From Phototrophicaceae bacterium (lineage in GTDB: Bacteria > Chloroflexota > Anaerolineae > Aggregatilineales > Phototrophicaceae), in assembly GCA_965207295.1 (NCBI GenBank), contig OZ242275.1, forward strand, positions 3,503,456-3,567,455: 64,000 bases of DNA, read 5' to 3'. Under the pieces are notes generated by a model. The model saw nothing but the letters and a program-made list of their open reading frames with translations, was not told the origin of the DNA and did not search any database. Below, one piece after another: positions 8,161 through 18,245 of the stretch. The translations under genes and the position numbers were made by a program. Each line of letters begins with the position of its first letter. The stretch's first letter is position 1.

Positions 8161-10554
8161 TCAGTCATCGCTGGAATCGCGTCCCTCATCCGCCGACCTT
8201 CGCTTATCGGCATCGATTTCACGTTTCCTGATTTCGGGCGGCGCAAGCAAAATCCAATCCAAGACGTCGTTCATGTCCTCGACGAAGGTGATTGAGACAT
8301 CACGCCTCGCCGGCTTGGGCAGGTCGTGCAGATCCTTCCGGTTATCACTCGGCAGGATAATCTTTGGGATCTTGCGGCGGCGAGCCGCCAATACTTTTTC
8401 CACCACACCGCCCACCGGCAAGATCTGTCCTCGCAACGTGATTTCACCGGTCATCGCGTAGGCGGCGCGCGCCGGGCGCTCGGTATATGCCGAGATTAGC
8501 GCGGTCGCCAGTGTCACCCCGGCCGATGGGCCATCCTTCGGCACCGCGCCCTCCGGCATGTGCACGTGAATATCATAATTGTCAAAGTCATCGGCGGGCA
8601 GGTCAAACTCATTTGCCCGTCCTCGCAGATAGCTTAGGGCGATATGCGCCGACTCTTGCAGCACATCGCCAAGCTGTCCCGTTAGCATCAGGTTGCCTTT
8701 GCCGGGCACCAGTGAAACTTCGACCGTCTGGATCTCGCCGCCATTTGGCGTCCAGACCAAGCCGCTGACGATCCCGACCGCGTCTTTGCGATTGACCTTG
8801 GAATCGAGCATCTGTGGCGGACCGAGGTGCTTGTCAATTGTGGCGGGCGTTATCCGCCGTGGAAAGCCGCGATCCGAGGCGACCAGCCGCGCGATTCGGC
8901 GACACATCCGCGCGATCTCGCGCTCGAGATTGCGAACGCCGCTTTCATAGGTATAGTGCCGGATGATGTGCTGCAGCGCCGCGACCGAGAATCGGATGCC
9001 GGCATCGCTGATTCCGTTTGCTTCCAGCTGCTTGGGCAGCAAGAACCGGCGCGCGATTTCGATTTTCTCTTCTTCTGAATATCCCTTGAATTCGATGACC
9101 TCAAGGCGATCTTCCAGCGCTTCCGGAATCGAATACAGATCGTTCGCGGTGGTGATAAAAGTGACCTTGGACAAATCGTAAGGCACTTCCAAATAATGAT
9201 CGACGAAGTTGATATTCTGCTCTGGATCGAGCACTTCGAGCAGCGCCGATGCCGGATCGCCGCGAAAGTCCGCACTCATCTTGTCGATTTCATCCAGCAT
9301 AAAAACCGGATTCACCGTTTCCGCGCGTTCCATTTGCTGCAGAATACGGCCCGGCATGGAGCCGATATAGGTGCGGCGGTGACCGCGGATTTCCGCCTCA
9401 TCGCGTACGCCACCTAGGCTGATGCGCAGAAACTTGCAGCCGAGCGAATCCGATATGCTCTTGCCCAATGAGGTCTTGCCGACGCCGGGCGGTCCAACGA
9501 AGCACAGAATCGGGCTCTTCATTTTGTCCTTCGCCAGTTTGCGCACGGCGATGTGCTCGATGATTCGCGCTTTAACCTTGGACAGCCCGTAGTGGGCGCG
9601 TTCGAGAATGTCCTCGGCGTTTTGCAAGTCGAGATTCTCTTCGCTGAGGATGTTCCAGGGAAGCGTCAACAGGCGATCAAGGTAGGTGTGAATTACGCCT
9701 GACTCCGGCGACATCGGCGGAATGACACCTAGACGCGAAACTTCTTTCATCGCCTTCTCGCGCACGTCATCCGGCAGATCGACCGCGCGAATACGTTCAG
9801 ATAGCTCGCGCATCTCTTGCTGGAATACATCGCCATCGCCCAACTCCTGCTGGATGACACGGACTTGCTCGCGCAAATACATCTCGCGCTGATTAGCGGC
9901 GATCTCATCTTGCAGGCGCGTATGAATCTCATCGTGAATCTCATGGTCGCTCAGGTCGGAGGTGAGCAGGACCGCGAGCAGCTCCAGACGTTTGGCGATG
10001 TCATCAAGCTCGAGCAATTGCTGTGAATCATCCGGCGTCAGCGGCAGAATCGAAGCCAGCGAGTCGCAAAGCCGCGCCGGATCTTCTAGCGCCAAGATAT
10101 GCTTGATTATGCTTTCCGGCAAGGCCTCGTTATATTGGCTGCTGTGTTTGAAGACTTCCTTAAGCGCTGTCGCCAAAGCGTCCAGCGTCTCAGGAGCGAT
10201 ATCTTCCCCAATTAGGGCGCAGGCTTTGGCAACTGGGTAATCGCCCAACTGGCGGACCTCAAGAATTCTTACTCGCCGTCTGCCTTGCGCCAGCAGTTGC
10301 ACTTGGTTGTTGGCGTCCGAATTGGTTGTCCCTGGCGCAATTTCAGTTCCAACGGCATGTATATTGTCAAATAGAGATTCGCCCTTGGAATCGGCGCGGA
10401 TCTTGCAGGCGATCAGCGTATTGCCAAAGTCGCGCGCAACGGCCGCCGCTTTGAGCTGCGCATCGGTGGTCAGCGGCACCAAGCTTAGTACGCTGGGAAA
10501 GACCACCTGGTTTGGGAGCGGCAGCAGGGGAAGCTCGAAGGCGCCGTCGGACAT
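8161..10554 (-). CDS. lon: ATP-dependent Lon protease
   Basis: LON N-domain, Walker A GPPGVGKTS, and protease serine motif PKDGPSAGVT. The ORF opens at TTG 10605, but ATG 10554 (MSDGAFELPLLPLPNQVVFP) matches the usual Lon N-terminus. Confidence 0.93.
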   Translation of the reverse strand: MSDGAFELPLLPLPNQVVFPSVLSLVPLTTDAQLKAAAVARDFGNTLIACKIRADSKGESLFDNIHAVGTEIAPGTTNSDANNQVQLLAQGRRRVRILEVRQLGDYPVAKACALIGEDIAPETLDALATALKEVFKHSSQYNEALPESIIKHILALEDPARLCDSLASILPLTPDDSQQLLELDDIAKRLELLAVLLTSDLSDHEIHDEIHTRLQDEIAANQREMYLREQVRVIQQELGDGDVFQQEMRELSERIRAVDLPDDVREKAMKEVSRLGVIPPMSPESGVIHTYLDRLLTLPWNILSEENLDLQNAEDILERAHYGLSKVKARIIEHIAVRKLAKDKMKSPILCFVGPPGVGKTSLGKSISDSLGCKFLRISLGGVRDEAEIRGHRRTYIGSMPGRILQQMERAETVNPVFMLDEIDKMSADFRGDPASALLEVLDPEQNINFVDHYLEVPYDLSKVTFITTANDLYSIPEALEDRLEVIEFKGYSEEEKIEIARRFLLPKQLEANGISDAGIRFSVAALQHIIRHYTYESGVRNLEREIARMCRRIARLVASDRGFPRRITPATIDKHLGPPQMLDSKVNRKDAVGIVSGLVWTPNGGEIQTVEVSLVPGKGNLMLTGQLGDVLQESAHIALSYLRGRANEFDLPADDFDNYDIHVHMPEGAVPKDGPSAGVTLATALISAYTERPARAAYAMTGEITLRGQILPVGGVVEKVLAARRRKIPKIILPSDNRKDLHDLPKPARRDVSITFVEDMNDVLDWILLAPPEIRKREIDADKRRSADEGRDSSDD

Positions 10555-10840
10555 CGCCTCCGCATTCTCGATTCCGTCAAATTCTAATACCGCGTCGGCT
10601 GCCAAAGAAACTTTCCGTTTCTACAAAGCGTTTAAGGTCAGGGGCGTGCAAGTCTAGCGCAATTCCTCAACAAAGGTAAGACCCGTTGCTTTAGCGCGGC
10701 ATCGTTATGAACCCAGTGTATAGAGGAGCGATGATCAGTCGCTGCAATCTCGGGCGCTGGTTGAGGCTGATATGGACTTGCTTGCATACGAGCCCGTCTG
10801 TAGACTTTAGTTGCCTTTGCATCGCACGGGAAAACTCCGG

Positions 10841-12244
10841 ATGCGCCTGTCTCGAACGCTTACGCTGCTGGCCGCCGCCCTCGCCTTCGCGCTTGTTTTC
10901 GCAGTGGGAAGCTTACTGCTGCGGCCGCCCGTGGCTCTCATTCTTGCCGCTGGCTTCGACCGCCCGGCGATCAGCCCTAATGCCGATGGCGAAGACGATA
11001 TCGCCGTTTTCGACTACCGCCTCTCGCGCCCGGCGACGGTCAGCCTGTCCCTGATTGCCGAGGGGGGGCCGCGGTTCTATTTCCGCCAAGGGCAGGCGCG
11101 CGCCGACGGCGACTACAGCGTGCTCTTCAGCGGCGTAGTAGACGGCTTTGCTCACGAGGGCGAAACGGTCCACGGTTACATTGAGCGGCGACTGATCCCA
11201 AATGGCGCCTACAACTGGCGCTTGGAAGCGGAAGCCAACGATGGCGCAACCATGAACGCAGACGGTTCGCTGCTTGTAGAGCAGGGCGATACGCCGCTGC
11301 CGATCATGTCCGAATTCTCTATTTCGCCCAGCATATTCTCGCCAAATCAGGATGGCGTTGCCGACCGCGTCAGCATCAATGTTTATCTGGAAAAAGATGT
11401 TGATCGCCTGGATGTTTTTCTCGTTGGCGAGGCTGGCGTGCGGATACCGATTTCGGCGCGAATTGAGGAACGGCAATACGGCGAAGCGGGACGTCATCGT
11501 TTCGATTATGAAGGCGGCATTGATCTCGGCGTTGATCCGCCGCCTGATGGCGCCTATCGCGTGGTCGCGCTGGCGCAAGACAAAGTCGGGCAGCGCATCC
11601 GGATGGAAGGCGAACTCACCATAACTACGGGCGGCAAGCCTTTTGCGGAAATCAAGCCGCAAGCGCCCGGCGTCGATGTCGCGTTTGGCGTCCAGCCCTA
11701 CGATGAACGGTGGTTTGCGAACGCCAGCAGTCTAGGAGATCGCCTGCCGCTGCCGGACGACGCTTCATCGCTGGCATATTCGCAGCAGATCACGTTGCCC
11801 CTGGGCGATATGCTTGTCTTTCGTCTGACTGTCGAGAATTATGGTCCAGTGCCGATACGCACAAGCGGTCCAGCTCCGGGCACGGTTTATCAGCAGGATC
11901 AGTTGGCTGGCGCCTTGGGATTCTTTGATGAATCCGGCGCCTGGCGCGTCGGCATACAATGCGAAACTTCAGTCACCAGCTTTCCCTACCGCTGGGCAAT
12001 CGCTCAAGATGGCAATCTGGATGAAGTCTATGACGAAGCGAGCGAGAATACGTATCGCTACCTTGCGCCCGGGGAACGCGCGCTGGTCTGGGGCGCCATC
12101 CGCATGACGGAGGTCAAGGCGCGCAACCCGCAGAATTGCTGGGCTGGGCTTATTCACGAGGATGTCGCCATCACTCTGCGCAACAATCACGTCGGTATGC
12201 GATCGATCATGATCATCGATCCGCAGGGCGGGTCCGCAAGTTGA
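10841..12244 (+). CDS. Hypothetical secreted/membrane-anchored protein with two FlgD-Ig-like repeats
   Basis: N-terminal hydrophobic anchor (LTLLAAALAFALVFAVGSLLL). Two SPN-x-DG-x-D motifs (ISPNADGEDD, FSPNQDGVADR) of the kind seen in FlgD-Ig-type beta-sandwich domains. The C-terminal ~200 aa carry no motif I recognise. Confidence 0.55.
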   Translation: MRLSRTLTLLAAALAFALVFAVGSLLLRPPVALILAAGFDRPAISPNADGEDDIAVFDYRLSRPATVSLSLIAEGGPRFYFRQGQARADGDYSVLFSGVVDGFAHEGETVHGYIERRLIPNGAYNWRLEAEANDGATMNADGSLLVEQGDTPLPIMSEFSISPSIFSPNQDGVADRVSINVYLEKDVDRLDVFLVGEAGVRIPISARIEERQYGEAGRHRFDYEGGIDLGVDPPPDGAYRVVALAQDKVGQRIRMEGELTITTGGKPFAEIKPQAPGVDVAFGVQPYDERWFANASSLGDRLPLPDDASSLAYSQQITLPLGDMLVFRLTVENYGPVPIRTSGPAPGTVYQQDQLAGALGFFDESGAWRVGIQCETSVTSFPYRWAIAQDGNLDEVYDEASENTYRYLAPGERALVWGAIRMTEVKARNPQNCWAGLIHEDVAITLRNNHVGMRSIMIIDPQGGSAS

Positions 12245-13197
12245 CGGCTGCCCAGCTCGCCTCGAAGACCGATCTAGCGGTGATCGTCGTCACCTGGAAC
12301 AACGCTGATGTTATCGGCGATGCGCTTCGCAGCCTGATTGACGACTTGAGGGAAAGCGGCCTACGATACCAGGTCTGCGTGGTTGATTCGGGCTCGGTCG
12401 ACCGTACTTTGGAGATCATACACGGCGATTTCCCCGCCGTGCAACTGATCGAGAATGAGGTGAACATTGGCTTCGCCGCAGCGAACAACTTGGCGATGAG
12501 AGCCCTCGGGTTCGGAAGCAGGCCGGGCGCGACCCAAAAGCCTGCAGCGGTTTATCTGCTGAATCCGGACACCATCACCCACCAAGGCGCAACCAAGCGT
12601 CTGTACGACGCGCTGATGACAGAGCCGGATGTAGGAGTCGTCGGCGCGCGGCTTACCTTCGCCGACGGCAGCTTCCAACACAGCGCCTTTCGCTTTCCAG
12701 GCCTTCGTCAGATTTGGGCTGAGCTTTTTCCGACGGCGGGACGTCTGTTGGAAGGTGCATTCAATGGCCGGTACCCGCGCCCTTTGTACGCCAGCGCCGC
12801 GGCTTTTGAAGTAGATTTCACCCTCGGCGCGACCATGATGCTCAAGCGCGTGGCGATCGAACAGTCGGGCATGTTCGACGAAGATTTCTTCCTCTACTGC
12901 GAGGAGGTCGACTGGGCTTGGCGCATAAAGAATCAGGGCTGGCGCATTCTCTGCCTGCCAAGCGCCCACGTGACGCATATCGGCGGCGGCAGCACCTCGC
13001 AAGTCCGCCCTAGTAGCCTAATCCACTTGTGGAAAAGTAGGCTAAAATTGTATGAGAAGCATTATCCGATTTGGAAGCGCTGGCTGGCGCGCTGGCTGGT
13101 GATACTTGGCATGCGGCGCAAAATGCGAAACCTGGACGCCGCCGATGCCAGCTTGCGCGAGGCCTGCCAGACGGTGATCGAGATGGCAAAGGCATGA
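12241..13197 (+). CDS. Family 2 glycosyltransferase
   Basis: GT-A N-terminus LAVIVVTWNNADVIGDALRSL...VVDSGSVDRT. TTG 12241 overlaps the upstream stop (TTGA). The longer ORF-track start at 12136 would overlap the upstream gene by 109 nt. Confidence 0.8.
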   Translation: MTAAQLASKTDLAVIVVTWNNADVIGDALRSLIDDLRESGLRYQVCVVDSGSVDRTLEIIHGDFPAVQLIENEVNIGFAAANNLAMRALGFGSRPGATQKPAAVYLLNPDTITHQGATKRLYDALMTEPDVGVVGARLTFADGSFQHSAFRFPGLRQIWAELFPTAGRLLEGAFNGRYPRPLYASAAAFEVDFTLGATMMLKRVAIEQSGMFDEDFFLYCEEVDWAWRIKNQGWRILCLPSAHVTHIGGGSTSQVRPSSLIHLWKSRLKLYEKHYPIWKRWLARWLVILGMRRKMRNLDAADASLREACQTVIEMAKA

Positions 13198-13946
13198 CGC
13201 ATCTCACCGCCATTGTACTTACCTATAATGAGTCGGAGCATATTGCCGACTGCATCAAATCATTAAGATTCGCCGACCGCGTCATCGTCTTCGACTCATA
13301 CAGCACTGACGATACCGTGGCGATCGCGCAAGGCGCCGGCGCTGATATATTTCAGCATGAGTTCGTTAATTACGCGGAACAGCGCAATGCCGCGCTCGAC
13401 GCCGCTGATGAAATGACCGATTGGGTCCTATTTGTAGATGCGGACGAACGAGTGCCCGACGCGCTGGCGGTGGAGATCAGACAGAAGATCAAGCTGCCGG
13501 ATTATGCCGGCTGGCGGATACCGCGACACAATTACATATTCGGCGCCTTGACCCGGGGCGCCGGCTGGTATCCCGATTATCAGACGCGCCTCCTGCGCGT
13601 CGGGCAAGCCTATTACGATCCGCGCCGCAAGGTGCATGAGGTGGTGAAGCTCTACGGCGAAGAAGGCACGATTCATAATCCCCTGGTGCACTACAATTAT
13701 CGCGATTTGGAGCAATTCAAGGTCAAGCAAGAGCATTACGCGCGCATTGACGCGCAAAGCCTGTATTCAAACGGCGTACGACCAAAGCGGCACAATTTTG
13801 TGCTGCAGCCGCTGCGTCAGTTTTACTGGCGTTTTGTCACCTTGGGCGGCTATCGCGATCGCCTGCACGGCCTGCGGCTGTCCCTTCTGATGGCTTGGTA
13901 CGAATACCGCAAGTATCAGGCGCTCTCCGAGATGTGGCGGAAATAA
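13194..13946 (+). CDS. Family 2 glycosyltransferase
   Basis: MTHLTAIVLTYNESEHIADCIKSL...VFDSYSTDDT...FVDADE (DxD). ATG 13194 overlaps the upstream stop (ATGA). Confidence 0.8.
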   Translation: MTHLTAIVLTYNESEHIADCIKSLRFADRVIVFDSYSTDDTVAIAQGAGADIFQHEFVNYAEQRNAALDAADEMTDWVLFVDADERVPDALAVEIRQKIKLPDYAGWRIPRHNYIFGALTRGAGWYPDYQTRLLRVGQAYYDPRRKVHEVVKLYGEEGTIHNPLVHYNYRDLEQFKVKQEHYARIDAQSLYSNGVRPKRHNFVLQPLRQFYWRFVTLGGYRDRLHGLRLSLLMAWYEYRKYQALSEMWRK

Positions 13947-13983
13947 AGGCGAGCCCGCATCGGCCAACCGCCGGGCGGCGCGC

Positions 13984-14583
13984 CTACCGCGGTATCAGGA
14001 TGCCGTAGCCCCCGCTGTCGCGCCGATAAAGCACGTTTATTTGCTCGCTTTCCGCATTCATAAACATATAAAAGCTGTGATCCAGCAATTCCAACTGTTC
14101 TATCGCTTCTTCTTCATGCATCGGCATCATCTCGATCAGTTTGCGGCGATACACCTCAGCCGCCGCGTCATGATCCTGCGCGTCAGCAGCGGTGAAGTTG
14201 GGTGAATCCTCGGCGAGATCAATCTCAGCGACCGTCGCCCGATACTTGTCGCGCACTTTCTGATTTTTGGATTTCCGCTTGCTTTTGAAACGATCGATCT
14301 GGCGGTGCAGCTTATCGACCGCCTTATTGATGGCGAAGCGAATCGTATCGCGATTTTCGATGTTCATCTTTTCTTCGGCGCGCAGAATCGCTCCCCGCGC
14401 ATGCTGAACCGTGATCTGGGCAATGGCGAGATCGGCCCCGCGATGCGTTCGAATTATCGATAGCTCGACGCCAATATTGGAGATGTTGGGAAGGTAACGG
14501 TCGAGCTTGTCGACTTTGGATCGGGTATAGCTGTCAAGCGCCTCCGAGATTTTGATCCCGTCTCCATGAATGCTGACATTCAT
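13984..14583 (-). CDS. hpf: Ribosome hibernation promoting factor, long form
   Basis: N-terminal RaiA/HPF fold (MNVSIHGDGIKISEALDSYTRSKVDKLDRYL) plus the C-terminal dimerisation domain (FYMFMNAESEQINVLYRRDSGGYGILIP). Confidence 0.9.
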   Translation of the reverse strand: MNVSIHGDGIKISEALDSYTRSKVDKLDRYLPNISNIGVELSIIRTHRGADLAIAQITVQHARGAILRAEEKMNIENRDTIRFAINKAVDKLHRQIDRFKSKRKSKNQKVRDKYRATVAEIDLAEDSPNFTAADAQDHDAAAEVYRRKLIEMMPMHEEEAIEQLELLDHSFYMFMNAESEQINVLYRRDSGGYGILIPR

Positions 14584-14613
14584 CGTTTTCCTCCTGGGGA
14601 TTCCACTAGGTCG

Positions 14614-15315
14614 TTAAGCGTGGCTTATGGTGATTCCGTAAACGGCGCCAGCCCCTTTTGCCTTTAGCGCCCGGGCGCACTCCCTAAGCGTCGATCCAGT
14701 TGTCACCACGTCATCAATCAGCAGGACGGAAAGACCGTTCACGTTTTGGCTCGCGCAGAATGCATTCTTGACGTTAGCGCGTCGTTCTTGCCCGGATAAC
14801 ATCGCTTGCTGGTGCGTCTTTCGTATCCGCCTGATCGCATCCGCGCGAGCCGCTAAACCTGTCGCCGCAACAACAGGCTGGCTCAGCAAGGCGGACTGAT
14901 TATAACCTCTTTCCGCTTCCCGGTCGGCAGACAAGGGCACCGGCGCGACAAAGTCAATCCGCCAATCAACCGATCGAAGCGCCTCGACCAGGCGGTTGGC
15001 CAACGGCAAAGCGAGATCGCGCGCGCCATCATACTTGAAGGCTTGTACGGCGTTCCGCAGAACGCCACGATGTTTCCCAGTAGCAATCAGCGCATCCAGC
15101 TCATCTGGTGTTTCGCGCGTACCGGGAGACAGCACGACTGCGGTTTGCTCAAGCGTATGACGACAACTGGCGCAGAAGCGGTAGTCCACACGACCGCAGT
15201 TGCCGCATGAAGGTGGAAAAATAAGATCCTGCAACCAGATCGCAGCAAATTCGGCGAATCGTTCAATCCGCTGCATTCGGCTTTCCACGCTTGTGGCTTC
15301 CGTGGCCGCTTGCAT
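14614..15315 (-). CDS. comFC: ComF-family phosphoribosyltransferase-domain protein
   Basis: N-terminal Cys4 zinc finger (CGNCGR...CASCRH) and the C-terminal PRTase motif LLIDDVVTTGSTL. Confidence 0.8.
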   Translation of the reverse strand: MQAATEATSVESRMQRIERFAEFAAIWLQDLIFPPSCGNCGRVDYRFCASCRHTLEQTAVVLSPGTRETPDELDALIATGKHRGVLRNAVQAFKYDGARDLALPLANRLVEALRSVDWRIDFVAPVPLSADREAERGYNQSALLSQPVVAATGLAARADAIRRIRKTHQQAMLSGQERRANVKNAFCASQNVNGLSVLLIDDVVTTGSTLRECARALKAKGAGAVYGITISHA

Positions 15316-15540
15316 TGTTTCCCCGTGGGCTTATCGGTCGCCCCGTCTGCTTCGATTCTAGCATACAAGCATTGGGATTCCGCCATTGTTGCGCCAAAGC
15401 CGATGACAAGTTGGTGTCACTTGAGGCCTTGCGCTTGGGATCAAACCTGAAGGTGAACCTGCTTTGGCAGCAAGGATTTGTTAAGCGTTCTGTGCTATAT
15501 TTGATCACAGAGGCAGCGTTGGCGAGGGGCGAAAACCGCA

Positions 15541-16317
15541 TTGGAGCTTAGGCGTTGCGCCGGATTGACCTTCTACCGCAACGAAGAATGGCGCGATCTT
15601 CGGCATGGCATTTTCACGCGTCATGGCGGCGTCAGCGAGGCGCCCTGGCGGTCGCTGAATTTAGGCGCTTCAATCGGTGATGATCTCGCGGCGGTCAAAG
15701 AAAATCAAAATCGCGTATTTCAGGCAGCCGACGTAAATGGCGAGCGCGCCGTAAGCTGTTGGCTGGTGCATAGTGTCGATACGCTCGTCGTAAGTGAACG
15801 TACAAGGCGCAACGGCAAGCTGAATAAAGCCGATGCCCTTATCTCCGACCAACCTGATACGCCGCTGGTCATGCGTTTTGCCGATTGTGTGCCGCTGCTG
15901 TACTACGATAGAACGAGGCGGGTCATTGGCTTGGGGCACGCGGGCTGGCGCGGCACGGTGAAGGGCATGGCTTCAAATGTCGTTTCGATGCTGCAGAAGA
16001 CATACAACTGTCGGGCAGCCGATATCGAGGTCGTAATCGGCCCGGCCATTTCACGCCGCAACTACCGCGTGGGCGAAGAGGTGGCCCGCCAAGCCGAAGC
16101 GTATTTCGGCAAAGGGGCTGGCGTCGTTTGGCGCGATCCCGTCGCGGGGGCGCCCCATCTTGATCTCTGGCGCGCTAATCGGCTGGATTTGGAAAGCAGC
16201 GGTGTGACAAAAATCAAGGTCTTGGACATCTGCACCTTTGAGAACAAGGAAGATTTCTATTCTCATCGCGCGGAAAACGGTGTGACCGGACGCTTTGGCG
16301 TGGTGGTTTCCCTGTGA
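15541..16317 (+). CDS. pgeF: Peptidoglycan editing factor PgeF (YfiH/YlmD, DUF152)
   Basis: HGIFTRHGG near the N-terminus, CVPLL, HAGWRG, and a C-terminal SHRAE-type motif. TTG start as in the ORF track. Confidence 0.85.
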   Translation: MELRRCAGLTFYRNEEWRDLRHGIFTRHGGVSEAPWRSLNLGASIGDDLAAVKENQNRVFQAADVNGERAVSCWLVHSVDTLVVSERTRRNGKLNKADALISDQPDTPLVMRFADCVPLLYYDRTRRVIGLGHAGWRGTVKGMASNVVSMLQKTYNCRAADIEVVIGPAISRRNYRVGEEVARQAEAYFGKGAGVVWRDPVAGAPHLDLWRANRLDLESSGVTKIKVLDICTFENKEDFYSHRAENGVTGRFGVVVSL

Positions 16318-17036
16318 ACATTCACGAAAATATCAAGCGCGTCCAGGATTGCATCGCTGCCAGCTGCGCCCGGGTCGATCGTGATCCGTCCGAGATTACG
16401 CTGGTCGCCGTTAGCAAGCAGCAATCGGCAGCGGCGATCCTCGAAGCCATAGAAGCCGGATTGAAACACCTGGGTGAAAACCGCGTAGAAGAGGGTATAG
16501 CCAAGATTCCGCAAGTGAATGAGCGCGCAAACACGGATGTCATTTGGCACATGGTCGGTCATGTCCAAAGCAGAAAAGCCAAACAGGTCGTTTCCCATTT
16601 TGATATCGTACAGTCGGTTGACAGCCTGAAATTAGCCAAGCGTCTGTCGCGCTTTGCCTACGAAGGCAATCGGTCGCTCAGCGTACTGCTGGAGATAAAT
16701 GTTTCAGGCGAAGCATCGAAATACGGATTTGCGGGTTATAATTGGCAGCGAGATGATTCGGTGAGAGAGGGACTTTGGCGCGAGGCGCGCGAGATAGCGG
16801 CTTTGCCCAATATCGAAACAACTGGCTTGATGACGATGGCGCCCTTCGCGGCCGAAGAAAAGACGATCCGCCGAACCTTCGCGGATTTGCGGGGGCTGCG
16901 AGACAATTTGTCTCGCGAGGTTCAACTGCCGCTGCCGGTACTGAGTATGGGAATGACCGATGATTATCACATCGCAATTGAAGAAGGCGCCACTATGATT
17001 CGCGTTGGACGCGCCATATTTGGGGAGCGCGCTTGA
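16314..17036 (+). CDS. yggS: YggS-family pyridoxal phosphate homeostasis protein
   Basis: LVAVSKQQ (PLP lysine) and HMVGHVQSRK. GTG start overlaps the pgeF stop (GTGA). Confidence 0.9.
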   Translation: MNIHENIKRVQDCIAASCARVDRDPSEITLVAVSKQQSAAAILEAIEAGLKHLGENRVEEGIAKIPQVNERANTDVIWHMVGHVQSRKAKQVVSHFDIVQSVDSLKLAKRLSRFAYEGNRSLSVLLEINVSGEASKYGFAGYNWQRDDSVREGLWREAREIAALPNIETTGLMTMAPFAAEEKTIRRTFADLRGLRDNLSREVQLPLPVLSMGMTDDYHIAIEEGATMIRVGRAIFGERA

Positions 17037-17067
17037 TGATGAAGTTGGACGAAAGGCTAAGACAGAG

Positions 17068-17313
17068 ATGAACCCGATTTTTGCTGTGCTGTACTGGGCG
17101 CTTCAGGTATACCAATTGATCCTGCTGGCGCGCGTATTGATGACTTGGATACCCAATCTTGATCCCAGCAACCCTATCGCGCGCATGCTTTATCAAGCGA
17201 CCGAGCCCGTGCTGGCGCCTATTCGCAGCGCGCTGCCGCCGCTGGGCGGCGTCGACCTGAGCCCTCTGGTGGTATTCCTGGGTATCAGCGTATTGATGCA
17301 ACTGGTGGTGTAG
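17068..17313 (+). CDS. yggT: YggT-family membrane protein
   Basis: 81 aa starting from the internal ATG, MNPIFAVLYWALQVYQLILLARVLMTWIP... Typical YggT with two TM helices. Confidence 0.8.
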   Translation: MNPIFAVLYWALQVYQLILLARVLMTWIPNLDPSNPIARMLYQATEPVLAPIRSALPPLGGVDLSPLVVFLGISVLMQLVV

Positions 17314-17362
17314 CCCCACTTCGATTCCGCGCGCGCCCACGGCGTCATGCAGTGTTCGCCGG

Positions 17363-18064
17363 CTAGACTCTGATCAGAATTCGGCCGCAACTTTGGCAAT
17401 GCACCAGATCATCGCCGCGGTTTATTGCGGTAATGACGATGTAATTCTGCTCGATTCCGCAAATGGTGCAGGCTTTGTCCTTCAGAACGGCAACGGGTCT
17501 GTTTGATTTGGCGGCTCTCATGCTGTTGTAGGTCTGGAAGACTTGCTGCGGGATGGCTTCCACCGATGTTTTTCGCCGCGCCAACAGTTGACCAACTTTA
17601 TCGGTTAGGTCATGTTTTTCGGTCAAGAGATCTTTGCTTTCCAGCTCGCGCTCAGCTTGCACGCTTTGGCGCCTGGAGTCGGCCGCATCCGCCTTGCCTT
17701 GAAGTTCGTCCCGCTCGCTATTGAGCCTTTGCAATTCATCATCGAGAACCGACCGGCGCCTGGCCAAGGCTTCGAGTTCCATCTGCATATCCTGCAGCTC
17801 TTTGGGATTCGTTACTTCGCCGCTATACAGGCGGGCTTCCGCGCTTTGCCGCTTGTCGACCACGGAAGCGATTTCCAGTTCCATGTCGCGGACGCGCGCC
17901 TGCGCAGACTCCAGCGCCGCTTGCGCTTCCTCGTTCTCGGCTTCCACCTCGCGCAGCGCCGCGTCGTCTTCCAACTGCGTGTTGATCGCTTTGATCCGTT
18001 TCGCTCGTTCAAGAATATCGAGCTCAAGTTCTTGTAATCGGTATAACGCGGCTACATCTGACAT
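17363..18064 (-). CDS. Coiled-coil protein with C-terminal C4 zinc ribbon (COG1579/DUF164-like)
   Basis: Long heptad-rich Glu/Leu/Arg region followed by CTICG...HCQSCGRIL. Confidence 0.7.
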   Translation of the reverse strand: MSDVAALYRLQELELDILERAKRIKAINTQLEDDAALREVEAENEEAQAALESAQARVRDMELEIASVVDKRQSAEARLYSGEVTNPKELQDMQMELEALARRRSVLDDELQRLNSERDELQGKADAADSRRQSVQAERELESKDLLTEKHDLTDKVGQLLARRKTSVEAIPQQVFQTYNSMRAAKSNRPVAVLKDKACTICGIEQNYIVITAINRGDDLVHCQSCGRILIRV

Positions 18065-18245
18065 GTGCCAATACCTCGCAGAAAAGTGTTGTACTTGGTC
18101 AGCGTATATAATAACGCAAGTTCGCCAAGTTCGTTTAATGGTTTTCGCGATGTCGGAGGAGCCCGCCTCCCGTTGACCAGGATAAACCGATGACTCGCAG
18201 CGAGCGAAAGCTATTATATCGGTCCCAATTGCAGATGAGGCGCGG

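Noticed and set aside
10555-10810. Heat-shock operator (CIRCE or HAIR) or sigma32-type promoter upstream of lon.
   Set aside because: No TTAGCACTC-N9-GAGTGCTAA or CTTGAGT-N7-ACTCAAG-like inverted repeat is present, and only weak -35/-10 matches exist. Nothing is supportable.
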